From an uncultured Candidatus Saccharibacteria bacterium (lineage in GTDB: Bacteria > Patescibacteriota > Doudnabacteria > UBA920), in NCBI GenBank assembly GCA_964536745.1, contig CAZHYL010000001.1, positions 76,961 through 140,960 of the forward strand: 64,000 nucleotides of DNA, written 5' to 3'. Numbering within the stretch: the stretch's first letter is position 1; each line of letters starts with the position of its first letter. The notes below the pieces were generated by a model. The model searched no databases. It was not told where the DNA came from and worked only from the letters and a program-made list of their open reading frames with translations. The translations under genes were made by a program, and so were the position numbers. Positions 28,404 through 36,985 of this stretch are shown here, in pieces.

Positions 28404-29225
28404 TTATTTTATTTTACTGCAAAGGTCTAGCCAGTTATCGATTGTAAGCTCTTGTGGTCTTGCCGTGGCATCTAAACCAATTTCCTGCAAAACATTTTCT
28501 ACTTGCGATTTAGGCAATCCTAAATTTTTTGTTAAGGTATTATGAATCTGTTTTCGCTTTCCAGAAAAGCAAGCTTTCAAAATCCTAAACAATTTTTTTT
28601 CATCGTCAACCTTGTACTTTTGTTTTGTGTGCAACTTAATCTGAATTACTGCACTATCAACTTTGGGTGCTGGATAAAATTTTTCTGCTCTAACAATTTC
28701 TATTAACTGAGGATCAGCAAAAAGTTGGACCGAGATCGCAAGCAAGTTTAGGTTACCAGGTTTCGCGACAATATTTTGAGCTACCTCTTTTTGCATCAAC
28801 AATGTCATGCTGATCGGCTTACGATTGGTCTGGATAAACTTCTGTACTAATTTGCCGGTCGCGTAATATGGAATGTTAGCGACAACTTTATAATCCCCTG
28901 CTGGTAGTTCTTTATCTAAATCCACTTCTAGAGCATCATTTAAAATGTAACTAAAATTTTTGTACTTCTTTTTTAATGAGTTAAGAACAGGTACGAATTG
29001 AGGGTCTTTTTCAATTGCAATCACTTGCTTAGAACTTTCCAATAAAAACTTTGTAAGATTACCAATCCCAGGCCCAACCTCTAGTACCAAATCGGTTTTG
29101 GAAATACCTGCTGAAGCAACCATATCTTGCAAAACAATTTCATCCAACAAAAAATTCTGTCCATACGTTTTGTTTGGACTTAAACCATAATCTCCAAGTA
29201 GTTGTTTTAGTGTTTCGATGGTCAT
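28404..29225 (-). CDS. rsmA: 16S rRNA (adenine1518/1519-N6)-dimethyltransferase RsmA/KsgA
   Basis: YGQNFLLD N-terminus, SAM motif LEVGPGIGNLT. Confidence 0.9.
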   Translation of the reverse strand: MTIETLKQLLGDYGLSPNKTYGQNFLLDEIVLQDMVASAGISKTDLVLEVGPGIGNLTKFLLESSKQVIAIEKDPQFVPVLNSLKKKYKNFSYILNDALEVDLDKELPAGDYKVVANIPYYATGKLVQKFIQTNRKPISMTLLMQKEVAQNIVAKPGNLNLLAISVQLFADPQLIEIVRAEKFYPAPKVDSAVIQIKLHTKQKYKVDDEKKLFRILKACFSGKRKQIHNTLTKNLGLPKSQVENVLQEIGLDATARPQELTIDNWLDLCSKIK

Positions 29226-29257
29226 AAATACATACTTATCAATATCATACTAAAGTT

Positions 29258-31384
29258 TTACTCAAATGGCTCGTAAGTATTTTCGTCTGTCTCTACAAAA
29301 CTATCTAAATTCCCATTCAGCTTAATATGTTCTTTGGGGAGTGCATGCAATATTCTGGATGGTGAATTTGCCTGAAAACTACCATACATCTGTCTTTGCT
29401 TGGCATAAACCAAAAATAACTGCTTTCGAGCTCTCGTAAGTCCTACATAAGCTAGTCGGATTTCTTCTGCTAATTCTGAAGGGTCCAGCAGACTATTTGA
29501 ATGGGGTAAAATACCTTCTTCCAAACCAACGAAAAAAACAGTATCAAATTCTAACCCTTTAGCAGCGTGAAGGGTCATAAGGGTTACCGAATTTGGTTCA
29601 GAATTTTTATCTAAATCGGTGATCAGAGCCACTTCTTCTAAAAATTCCTGTAAACCTTCCTGCCAAGCAAGGTGATCGAACTTTGAAGTCACGTTAAACA
29701 ACTCTCTAATATTTTCTATTCTAACCTCGCCCTGCTCTGTGCCATCCCTAAAGTAATCTTCAATACCAGCCAATTTAACCAGCACCTTCAGTAGTTCACT
29801 AAGAGTGGTTTCTTGAGGAATAATTTTGGCTTTGTGCAAAATTGAATAAAAACTGTGCAAGCCTGTAGTTTGCTTCGGTGGTAAATTAATTTTTGTGATG
29901 GCACTAACTGCAGATGCAAAATCTTGTGGTTTATCTTGAGATAAAATAAATTGACGAATCACTTCGAGTGATTTTTCTCCAATCCCACGCGGTGGTAAAT
30001 TAACAACACGACGCAAGGACACGAAATCAAAAGGATTAACTAATAACCGAAGCCAAGCTAAAACGTCTTTAATTTCCCTTCTTTCGTAATATTTAACCCC
30101 ACCAATAATTTGATAAGGGATACCTGCTTCTATAAATACTTCTTCTAACTCACGAGATTGAGCGTGTGTTCTATAGAGTACAGCGATTTGCTGAAGATCT
30201 CCATGGCCCTTAGGTAACTGTGGTACGAAGCCCATACGGAATTGACTTCTGCCAAATCTGGAACTATTTTTCTGTTTCGCTAAGAACTTATCTAATATAG
30301 AATACTCAACAGACTGCTCTTCTTCTTCATATTCTAACTCTTCTTCATAATCATCACCCGAGGCTATTCTCACGATTTGCTTAGCTACGAAAACAGCTTC
30401 AGCGTGCCCATCATATACTTCCTCTATTATTACTTTATCGCCGTTAGGATTATCGGTCCATAAAGTTTTAGGTTTTTGGTCTTTATTCAACTCAATTACC
30501 TTTTGTGCTGCTGCTAAAATATTCTTAGTGGAACGATAATTTTGCTCTAGCTTGATAACTTGAGCATTCGGAAAATCTTTTTCAAAATTTAAAATGTTTG
30601 CAATATTGCTACCCCTAAAACCATAAATACTTTGGGCATCATCACCTACGACAAACAAGTTACCCTTTGCAGATAACAAATGCAAGAACATGTACTGTGC
30701 CTGATTTGTATCTTGATACTCATCTACTAATACATACTGCCAAAGCTCGCGAAACTTCCTAAGGACTTCAGGAAAACTTTGGAATAACAAAATAGGAAGC
30801 ATAAGCAAGTCGTCGAAATCCAAACTGTTTTGCTTAAAAAGAAAATCTTGATACTTAACATAAACCTGTTGAACTATTTCAGACAAATATCCATCAAGCC
30901 CAACTTCCATCTGCTTTGGAGTCTGTAATAAATTCTTCGCACCAGAAATATACGCCCTAAATAAAGGCGCCCCGTACTGTTTAGGAACATCTAAATCTTT
31001 AAGTATATCTTTTAGTATCTTTAACTGATCATCGCTATCCAAAATTACAAAACTTGGATCGTACCCAAGCTTGCCGATATGTTTTCGCAAAATCCTTGCA
31101 CCTATTGAATGGAAGGTTCCCAAAGTCGGCTGGGAAGTTAACTTCGGACCAGATGATCCTTTTAATAGAGTATTGATTCTGCTTTGCATTTCTTTAGCAG
31201 CCTTGTTAGTAAAAGTCACAGCTAGGATTTGGCTGGGAGAAAAGAGACCCTGCTCTATTAAGTAAGCAATCCTATAAGTTAATACCCTAGTTTTTCCACT
31301 ACCTGCACCTGCCAAAACCAAAACCGGCCCCAGAGGGGCGGTGACTGCTTCTGCTTGTGGTTTGTTGAGAATTGAGAGATTCAT
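29258..31384 (-). CDS. uvrD: UvrD/PcrA/Rep-family ATP-dependent DNA helicase
   Basis: Walker A AGAGSGKTRVL, DEYQDT motif, 708 aa. Confidence 0.9.
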   Translation of the reverse strand: MNLSILNKPQAEAVTAPLGPVLVLAGAGSGKTRVLTYRIAYLIEQGLFSPSQILAVTFTNKAAKEMQSRINTLLKGSSGPKLTSQPTLGTFHSIGARILRKHIGKLGYDPSFVILDSDDQLKILKDILKDLDVPKQYGAPLFRAYISGAKNLLQTPKQMEVGLDGYLSEIVQQVYVKYQDFLFKQNSLDFDDLLMLPILLFQSFPEVLRKFRELWQYVLVDEYQDTNQAQYMFLHLLSAKGNLFVVGDDAQSIYGFRGSNIANILNFEKDFPNAQVIKLEQNYRSTKNILAAAQKVIELNKDQKPKTLWTDNPNGDKVIIEEVYDGHAEAVFVAKQIVRIASGDDYEEELEYEEEEQSVEYSILDKFLAKQKNSSRFGRSQFRMGFVPQLPKGHGDLQQIAVLYRTHAQSRELEEVFIEAGIPYQIIGGVKYYERREIKDVLAWLRLLVNPFDFVSLRRVVNLPPRGIGEKSLEVIRQFILSQDKPQDFASAVSAITKINLPPKQTTGLHSFYSILHKAKIIPQETTLSELLKVLVKLAGIEDYFRDGTEQGEVRIENIRELFNVTSKFDHLAWQEGLQEFLEEVALITDLDKNSEPNSVTLMTLHAAKGLEFDTVFFVGLEEGILPHSNSLLDPSELAEEIRLAYVGLTRARKQLFLVYAKQRQMYGSFQANSPSRILHALPKEHIKLNGNLDSFVETDENTYEPFE

Positions 31385-31787
31385 CCAGAGGTATTATATC
31401 ATCCTAATCGATTGGAAAGTTAATCTTATTGGGCCGCCTAATAATAGTAGAATAATGCTAAATTTTCCCTTATTTAAGCGCATTGTGGAAAAAAATCGGC
31501 TTAGAGTAGGGCTGAATTCCGACTAATCCCCAGTTCGACTTGTCTAAGAAATATTGCCTTGTTAAGATAGATAAGTAATTGCTGGTGTGGTAAGTAACTA
31601 CAGTTAATTTCCGCATAAATAAGCAAGTTTTTTTATTCAATAATCCGAATTTATGGTAGCGATGGAGGGCTAAACTAATCTCTTGTAGTCTAGTCGCTGA
31701 TCATTCTAACGGTCTAAATGCCAAATTGATACTAATACCCAAATTTTTGGGTTAGTTGGCTGAAAGTAATTTATACCCGCTTCACAA

Positions 31788-33014
31788 TTGTCACAATTTT
31801 TGAAGAAAAAACTAAAGCGCTACTGGCTTATTAGTCAGTACTTGTTTAATAAAGTAAAACACTCATTAGTGAGCCGATACCCTCGCCTCTCTAAGCTTTA
31901 TACAGACCATTTTCCTTCTGTACAGATTGGCCAGAAAATGGATGTCTGGGATTATAGTATTAATTTTTCCAGCGAGATCCTCGTTGGTCTTATTGTGATT
32001 ATTGCTGCAATTAGCAATATCATTATATTTAATCCACTCAAAGCTGATTATAACCATACAGATAAAAGCCTAGCTGCAGAGTTATTAGGTAATCATCCTA
32101 ATCTAAATGAACAGCTTGCTCTTAAACAAAACACTATTAGCACGAAGGTTGTTAGTGAATCTTTATTCTCGCAGGCTAGTGCTAACAATAGTGATTTGTT
32201 AAGCACAGGTTCTGGTATGGTACTTGGTGCAACAGATGAAATCCAAATAGATGACAGTGGTATTACAAAACCAAATCCAGATAGTATCCAAAGCTTAGCA
32301 GCAAGACAAGTACAAATCTACGAAACCCAACCATTTGATACTGTGTACACAGTTGCCGAAAAATTTAAGCTTTCTACTAAAACAATTCGCGAAACAAACA
32401 GCTTACCAAACAATGCCCTTCTTGCAGGGTGGCAGTTAATTATTCCACCGGTTGATGGAATCGTAATTCAAGTTACTAACCCAAACCTTACCTTAACAGA
32501 CGTAGCTGGAGCATACTCCGCAGACATTAATGCTATCGTTGCAAAGAATGGTTTGGAAGATGCAGAAGATATGGTAGATGTTGGTGGTTATTTAGTTATC
32601 CCTGGTGGCAGATTACCTGCTCCAAAGGTAGTTGAAAATACTAGCCCAACCACATCAAAAAAGTTTTCACCTTCAATTCCAAAAGCATCTTCTATCGCAG
32701 GTAACCACAAATTTGCTCCTGGCTACTGCACAGACTACGTAGCTAGAAAAGTTCCAGGAATCACTTGGGGTGGTAACGCAAACCGTTGGATTGCTAACTC
32801 CAAAGCACATGGTGCAACTGTTGACCGTAACCCTGTTGCTGGTGCTATCCTTGTAACCAGTGAAAACCGTCGCTACGGACACGTTGCTTATATCGAAAGC
32901 GTAAAAGGTAGCGAAGTTACTATCAGTGAATGGAACTACGAAGGACTATATATTAAATCTGTTAGAACTCTAGATATCTCGGACAAACGAATTCAAGGTG
33001 TCATCCATCCATAA
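31788..33014 (+). CDS. LysM and CHAP domain peptidoglycan hydrolase with an N-terminal TM anchor
   Basis: LysM (YETQPFDTVYTVAEKFKLSTKTIRETNSL) and a C-terminal CHAP domain (GYCTDYVA...GHVAYIESV). The start may instead be the internal Met at aa 51. Confidence 0.8.
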   Translation: MSQFLKKKLKRYWLISQYLFNKVKHSLVSRYPRLSKLYTDHFPSVQIGQKMDVWDYSINFSSEILVGLIVIIAAISNIIIFNPLKADYNHTDKSLAAELLGNHPNLNEQLALKQNTISTKVVSESLFSQASANNSDLLSTGSGMVLGATDEIQIDDSGITKPNPDSIQSLAARQVQIYETQPFDTVYTVAEKFKLSTKTIRETNSLPNNALLAGWQLIIPPVDGIVIQVTNPNLTLTDVAGAYSADINAIVAKNGLEDAEDMVDVGGYLVIPGGRLPAPKVVENTSPTTSKKFSPSIPKASSIAGNHKFAPGYCTDYVARKVPGITWGGNANRWIANSKAHGATVDRNPVAGAILVTSENRRYGHVAYIESVKGSEVTISEWNYEGLYIKSVRTLDISDKRIQGVIHP

Positions 33015-33035
33015 CTCATACTAAAACTCTGATCT

Positions 33036-33063
33036 AAAAACCCCCTACTGGGGGTTTTATTTT
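33036..33063. terminator. Bidirectional rho-independent terminator
   Basis: aaaaccccc-tact-gggggtttta, serving the convergent genes on either side. Confidence 0.6.
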
Positions 33064-33075
33064 ATGATAAATATC

Positions 33076-34881
33076 TTATTGAGCTTTTACTCTACCAGCA
33101 GATGAACCGCTAGAAATGTTTGTAGTAGAAAGGTCGTCTAAATCTAAACCGACATTTTCTGATGTATAATCATCAACTGCTTGGAAAGTTATACCCTTAA
33201 ATAATGTGATCCCCTGTCCGACCTGAGAGCTTGAAGGCGTAAACCTAACAATAAATTCCAAGTATCGTTCTGGCTTATGTACGCCAGCATGAGCTACCAA
33301 TTGACCAACATCCCAAATTAACTTCCCTGTACTAGAGTCATACTTTACTAAATTTCTTTCAGTCGCCGTGATACTTCCGGAATCTAATGTTAATCCAATT
33401 GGAACAAACCCGATTAACTGTCCATTGCGATAATCATTACTACTGTTATCGATTGCGATTTTCACTCTAAATCCGCTTTGAGCCCCAACCACTGGGGGTA
33501 ACTGGCCATCTACATGAGAAACATTGCCCACTAGCTGTGAAGGACTGGAGATTTTTAATTCCATTTCTGGCCCAGAAATTAAATTTACATTCTGGTTAGA
33601 CTTGATCTTCGGTCTCACAATAATGTGTAAGTTCTTCTCGTCCAAACTCGTTGCAGGTCGGGAAATTTGGAACTGCACTTTTACAGTACCTCCATCATTT
33701 GGGTTTAAATTTTCCAACAAACCCAATGATGAAGCGTTCCAAGTAATAGTTTGGTCTTGAACATAACCTGATTCTGTTTTTATAGAACCTGGAACAATAC
33801 TGCCACCTTCAATTTGAGCAACGACTTGCACTCCTGTATTTACAACTTGAGTATTATTACGGAACTGTAATTCTACATTCACTGTATCACCAGGTTCAAC
33901 AATCCCATCTGCGCTTGAACTGGTGAATTTTCCAGAAACACTTAATGGTTGTGAGGATATAGAAGTGGTGAAATTAGCACTAGATTGAGTAAAGAACTCG
34001 CCATTATCATCTGGTACTTGGAACTCCGCTGTAAAATTAAACCCTTGGTTAATTTGCGCGCTGCGGAACGATCCTTCAAAAACAATTTTACCGTTGCTAT
34101 TTGCTTTCAAAGTGCCAATATTCCAAGTGTTGTTAGAAATGGATGTAGAAGGACTACTGGAAGCAAACTCAAAACCATCTGGATATGATACTTTTAGACG
34201 GGCGCTGTCTATGTCGCGCTTTGAACTATTTCTATAGAACAATTCATACTTGACCACTTCGGCAGTATTCGCCTTCTCTGGACCAGACAAATCCAAAACT
34301 ACATCTGTTGCGACCAAGCGAACCTTAGAAGAAGCCTCCGCAGTAAATGGTGAGTTGAAATTATCAAAACGATATCGCAATCTAGCTACTAATTTTTTAC
34401 TATCATTAACACTTCCCTGGGCTAAAACTTTCACAATAACAACTGCATTTTGTCCTGTATTCAAATCTGGGATTTCATAACTAGTGCCAGAAAGGTTTTC
34501 AGATTTAGGGGAACTTGAAACATAGCTTACCCCATCGTCATAAATTAACTCCAGATTCATATCCACCAACTTAACAGGGTCCTCATTCTGGACTTTGATC
34601 TTATAGATTACCTCTCCGCCAGACTGAGCTGTTTCAGGGGCGTCTATTGTTAGTTCAACCTTAGCTTTTTCGGTCCGCTCTTCTTGCTGAGGCCAAAACG
34701 CAAAAACAGCCAAACTGGCTATTATAATAAAACCTAAAACGATAGCGGCTACATACCACTTATTCTCTACCAAAAAAGATTTTATTCTAGACCAACGGCT
34801 TTCTTGGATAATTGAATTTTCCGGTGGAAATTGTTTAGGGTCATCTGGGCCCTGTACCGGTTGAGGTGTAAAATCTGCCAT
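33076..34881 (-). CDS. Membrane-anchored surface protein with repeated Ig/CARDB-like beta domains
   Basis: Short cytoplasmic N-terminus, one TM helix, ~540-aa beta-rich extracellular region. Confidence 0.55.
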   Translation of the reverse strand: MADFTPQPVQGPDDPKQFPPENSIIQESRWSRIKSFLVENKWYVAAIVLGFIIIASLAVFAFWPQQEERTEKAKVELTIDAPETAQSGGEVIYKIKVQNEDPVKLVDMNLELIYDDGVSYVSSSPKSENLSGTSYEIPDLNTGQNAVVIVKVLAQGSVNDSKKLVARLRYRFDNFNSPFTAEASSKVRLVATDVVLDLSGPEKANTAEVVKYELFYRNSSKRDIDSARLKVSYPDGFEFASSSPSTSISNNTWNIGTLKANSNGKIVFEGSFRSAQINQGFNFTAEFQVPDDNGEFFTQSSANFTTSISSQPLSVSGKFTSSSADGIVEPGDTVNVELQFRNNTQVVNTGVQVVAQIEGGSIVPGSIKTESGYVQDQTITWNASSLGLLENLNPNDGGTVKVQFQISRPATSLDEKNLHIIVRPKIKSNQNVNLISGPEMELKISSPSQLVGNVSHVDGQLPPVVGAQSGFRVKIAIDNSSNDYRNGQLIGFVPIGLTLDSGSITATERNLVKYDSSTGKLIWDVGQLVAHAGVHKPERYLEFIVRFTPSSSQVGQGITLFKGITFQAVDDYTSENVGLDLDDLSTTNISSGSSAGRVKAQ

Positions 34882-34902
34882 TTATATAATTATAACACGA
34901 AG

Positions 34903-35637
34903 CTACGAATGCACGGTACTTATAAAATATTGTGCGGATTTTAAATCTCTCTCTAATTGATACTCAGTAAACGTTGAAAGGACCTCCAACAATTCCTTCG
35001 CCGACCTAAAATTAAAATTGGCGAAATCAGTAATAAAATCTTCCTTAAACATCTGCTTATATAACTCATGGGCTAGATTCGAGACTGGACGATCGTTTAA
35101 AGAGTTTTGTTTAGAAAGAAACTTACCGGTATCCATAGCAAAGAAGATCTGCTTGCCATCTTCTGCATCTGTCACTACAGACTCTGGAGAAAAACCCAAG
35201 GATTTTAAACTCTGAACAAAAAAGTTGACCACAATATAGAGAACACTATCGTCACCCTCGGTCGCAAGCTGGTCTAGAGACTTTTTATACAATGTATATA
35301 GCGAAGAATTCGGTTGTTGGTCTGGTAAGGACCGCAGGATTAATTCCTGAAGTACAGACAGAGCTTGAACTTTTTGCTGACTGTCTAGTAACTTAGCATA
35401 TTCAGAAACTACTTCTGCCCCAATTAGTTTAGGCAGACCACCGTTACCCACTGATGTGATGTCAATTTCAAAATATGGCTGAAGTTTACCACTCAACTTA
35501 CTTGTCATCCGTTTTGCAGATTTAGCTAAAAATCTTAGCTTACCTTCTTCAAAAGTAAAAAAGGTGAGGAGCAAATCAGCCTCACCTAAATCTTGGGTTT
35601 TAACAATAAATCCTGTTAACTTTTGCTCCTGAGACAT
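34903..35637 (-). CDS. recO: DNA repair protein RecO
   Basis: N-terminal OB fold (GFIVKTQDLGEADLLLTFFTFEEGKLRFLAKSAKR). The start is taken at the internal ATG (MSQEQK), which sits 1 nt after the upstream gene's stop; the ORF track extends to 35703. Confidence 0.75.
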   Translation of the reverse strand: MSQEQKLTGFIVKTQDLGEADLLLTFFTFEEGKLRFLAKSAKRMTSKLSGKLQPYFEIDITSVGNGGLPKLIGAEVVSEYAKLLDSQQKVQALSVLQELILRSLPDQQPNSSLYTLYKKSLDQLATEGDDSVLYIVVNFFVQSLKSLGFSPESVVTDAEDGKQIFFAMDTGKFLSKQNSLNDRPVSNLAHELYKQMFKEDFITDFANFNFRSAKELLEVLSTFTEYQLERDLKSAQYFISTVHS

Positions 35638-35638
35638 A

Positions 35639-36346
35639 TTACGGTTTAATGCTTGGCGTATAAATAGGATCTGGGTTACCTTGAAAAATATTTGGGTCTG
35701 CAACGTAAATTATGCCAGCCATAAAACCTACAATAAACAACACAATAGTTGCAGTTAGCCAAATATTTGCTCTGGCTTTAGCAACAATTGCAAAACTAGA
35801 CATAAAATGGCTTTGAGTGAATTCGACCTGTTCATCTATCATTCGAGGCTTTGCCACTACCTCTTTGGCAGGAATATAAGAATTACGAACCATGTCTGGC
35901 GAGAAAAACTTAATAAGGTCTGATCTAGAAATAACCCCGACTAATTTATTAGTACTGTCTGTTACTGGGACCGGATTTACGCGGTCTTCCGCGAACATTC
36001 TTGAAACCTCTTCGATAGTAGTTTCTGGTCTAGCAAAAGGGATATTCTGATTCATAATATCCTGTGCCTTTGAGTTAACAATTTGCTCCACCACGTGCGG
36101 TAATTTACTCCCTGCACCCTGAACATAATCCATATTAGAGAGCATATGGATATAGGTTGGTAAGTATAAATGAGAATCCGCAGTAATAAAATCGCGCTCA
36201 GAAATTGTACCAAGCACTCTTCCCTCATCATTAACTACAGGGACACCTGTAAAATGATGGGAATGAAGTAATTCGGCTACTTCACTTACTAACGTATCTG
36301 GCTTCACAGTGACAACTTTAGTTGTCATTAAATCTTTAACTAACAT
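35639..36346 (-). CDS. CBS-pair domain protein with a C-terminal TM anchor
   Basis: Two CBS motifs and a C-terminal hydrophobic helix. The start is taken at MLVKDLMTTKV, because the longer TTG-started ORF runs into the upstream terminator hairpin. Confidence 0.7.
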   Translation of the reverse strand: MLVKDLMTTKVVTVKPDTLVSEVAELLHSHHFTGVPVVNDEGRVLGTISERDFITADSHLYLPTYIHMLSNMDYVQGAGSKLPHVVEQIVNSKAQDIMNQNIPFARPETTIEEVSRMFAEDRVNPVPVTDSTNKLVGVISRSDLIKFFSPDMVRNSYIPAKEVVAKPRMIDEQVEFTQSHFMSSFAIVAKARANIWLTATIVLFIVGFMAGIIYVADPNIFQGNPDPIYTPSIKP

Positions 36347-36357
36347 ATGTATATTAT

Positions 36358-36384
36358 AGCAAAACCCCCGCGGTAGCGGGGGCA
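36358..36384 (-). terminator. Rho-independent terminator (minus strand) after the small membrane protein gene
   Basis: Stem cccccgc/gcggggg with a 4-nt loop, followed on the minus strand by a U-run. Confidence 0.5.
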
Positions 36385-36425
36385 AAATACCAAGTTTGTA
36401 TAATAAAATCTAAATCATAAACTAC

Positions 36426-36710
36426 TTAACGATAGTTAGCGCTCCATCCTGATGAGCTTTGACATACAAACCCAAAATCTTCCCATTCAGCTACTACCCC
36501 TCTGCGGATAACACCATTACTATTAGTATATGAACAACTATGTCCTACTTTAGTTGATTCACCTCCACCACCTTGCACCATTGCACTGGACTTTTGCCCC
36601 GCATCTCTTAATGGCATATTTAATCCATAAGAATTAACGTACGCACCACCAATAATTACACCTAGCACAAAGGCTACTAACATAAACCCAATTAACTTAT
36701 TTTTCTCCAT
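36426..36710 (-). CDS. Hypothetical small secreted/membrane protein (94 aa)
   Basis: N-terminal TM/signal; the C-terminal part contains two Cys. Confidence 0.4.
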   Translation of the reverse strand: MEKNKLIGFMLVAFVLGVIIGGAYVNSYGLNMPLRDAGQKSSAMVQGGGGESTKVGHSCSYTNSNGVIRRGVVAEWEDFGFVCQSSSGWSANYR

Positions 36711-36985
36711 ATTTTTTTATTAATTATTTTTAAATTTATTTAGAATTTTGTTCGCAAAGCCAATTACACTCTAGCCCTGCCGAAGCAGAGTTAGCAACAG
36801 GTTGAACATGAGTATCTTCTAAGAAAGCCTGAATAACCTGCTTAGCTTCGGCTTCCGTTTTTACCTGAGCAACTGCTTTAGAGAATGCTTCTTGTTTTTT
36901 ATGCAATTGTCTCTCTATTGTTTAACAATATATCTATATTATAGCCTAATTTCTCTGATGGTTGTGGATAAGTCGATCCCTAATC

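Noticed and set aside
36711-36985. Possible gene or remnant in the 275-bp gap upstream of the small membrane protein gene
   Set aside because: Only a short (<60 aa) minus-strand reading frame without start or RBS support is visible; there is too little evidence to call a pseudogene or small ORF.
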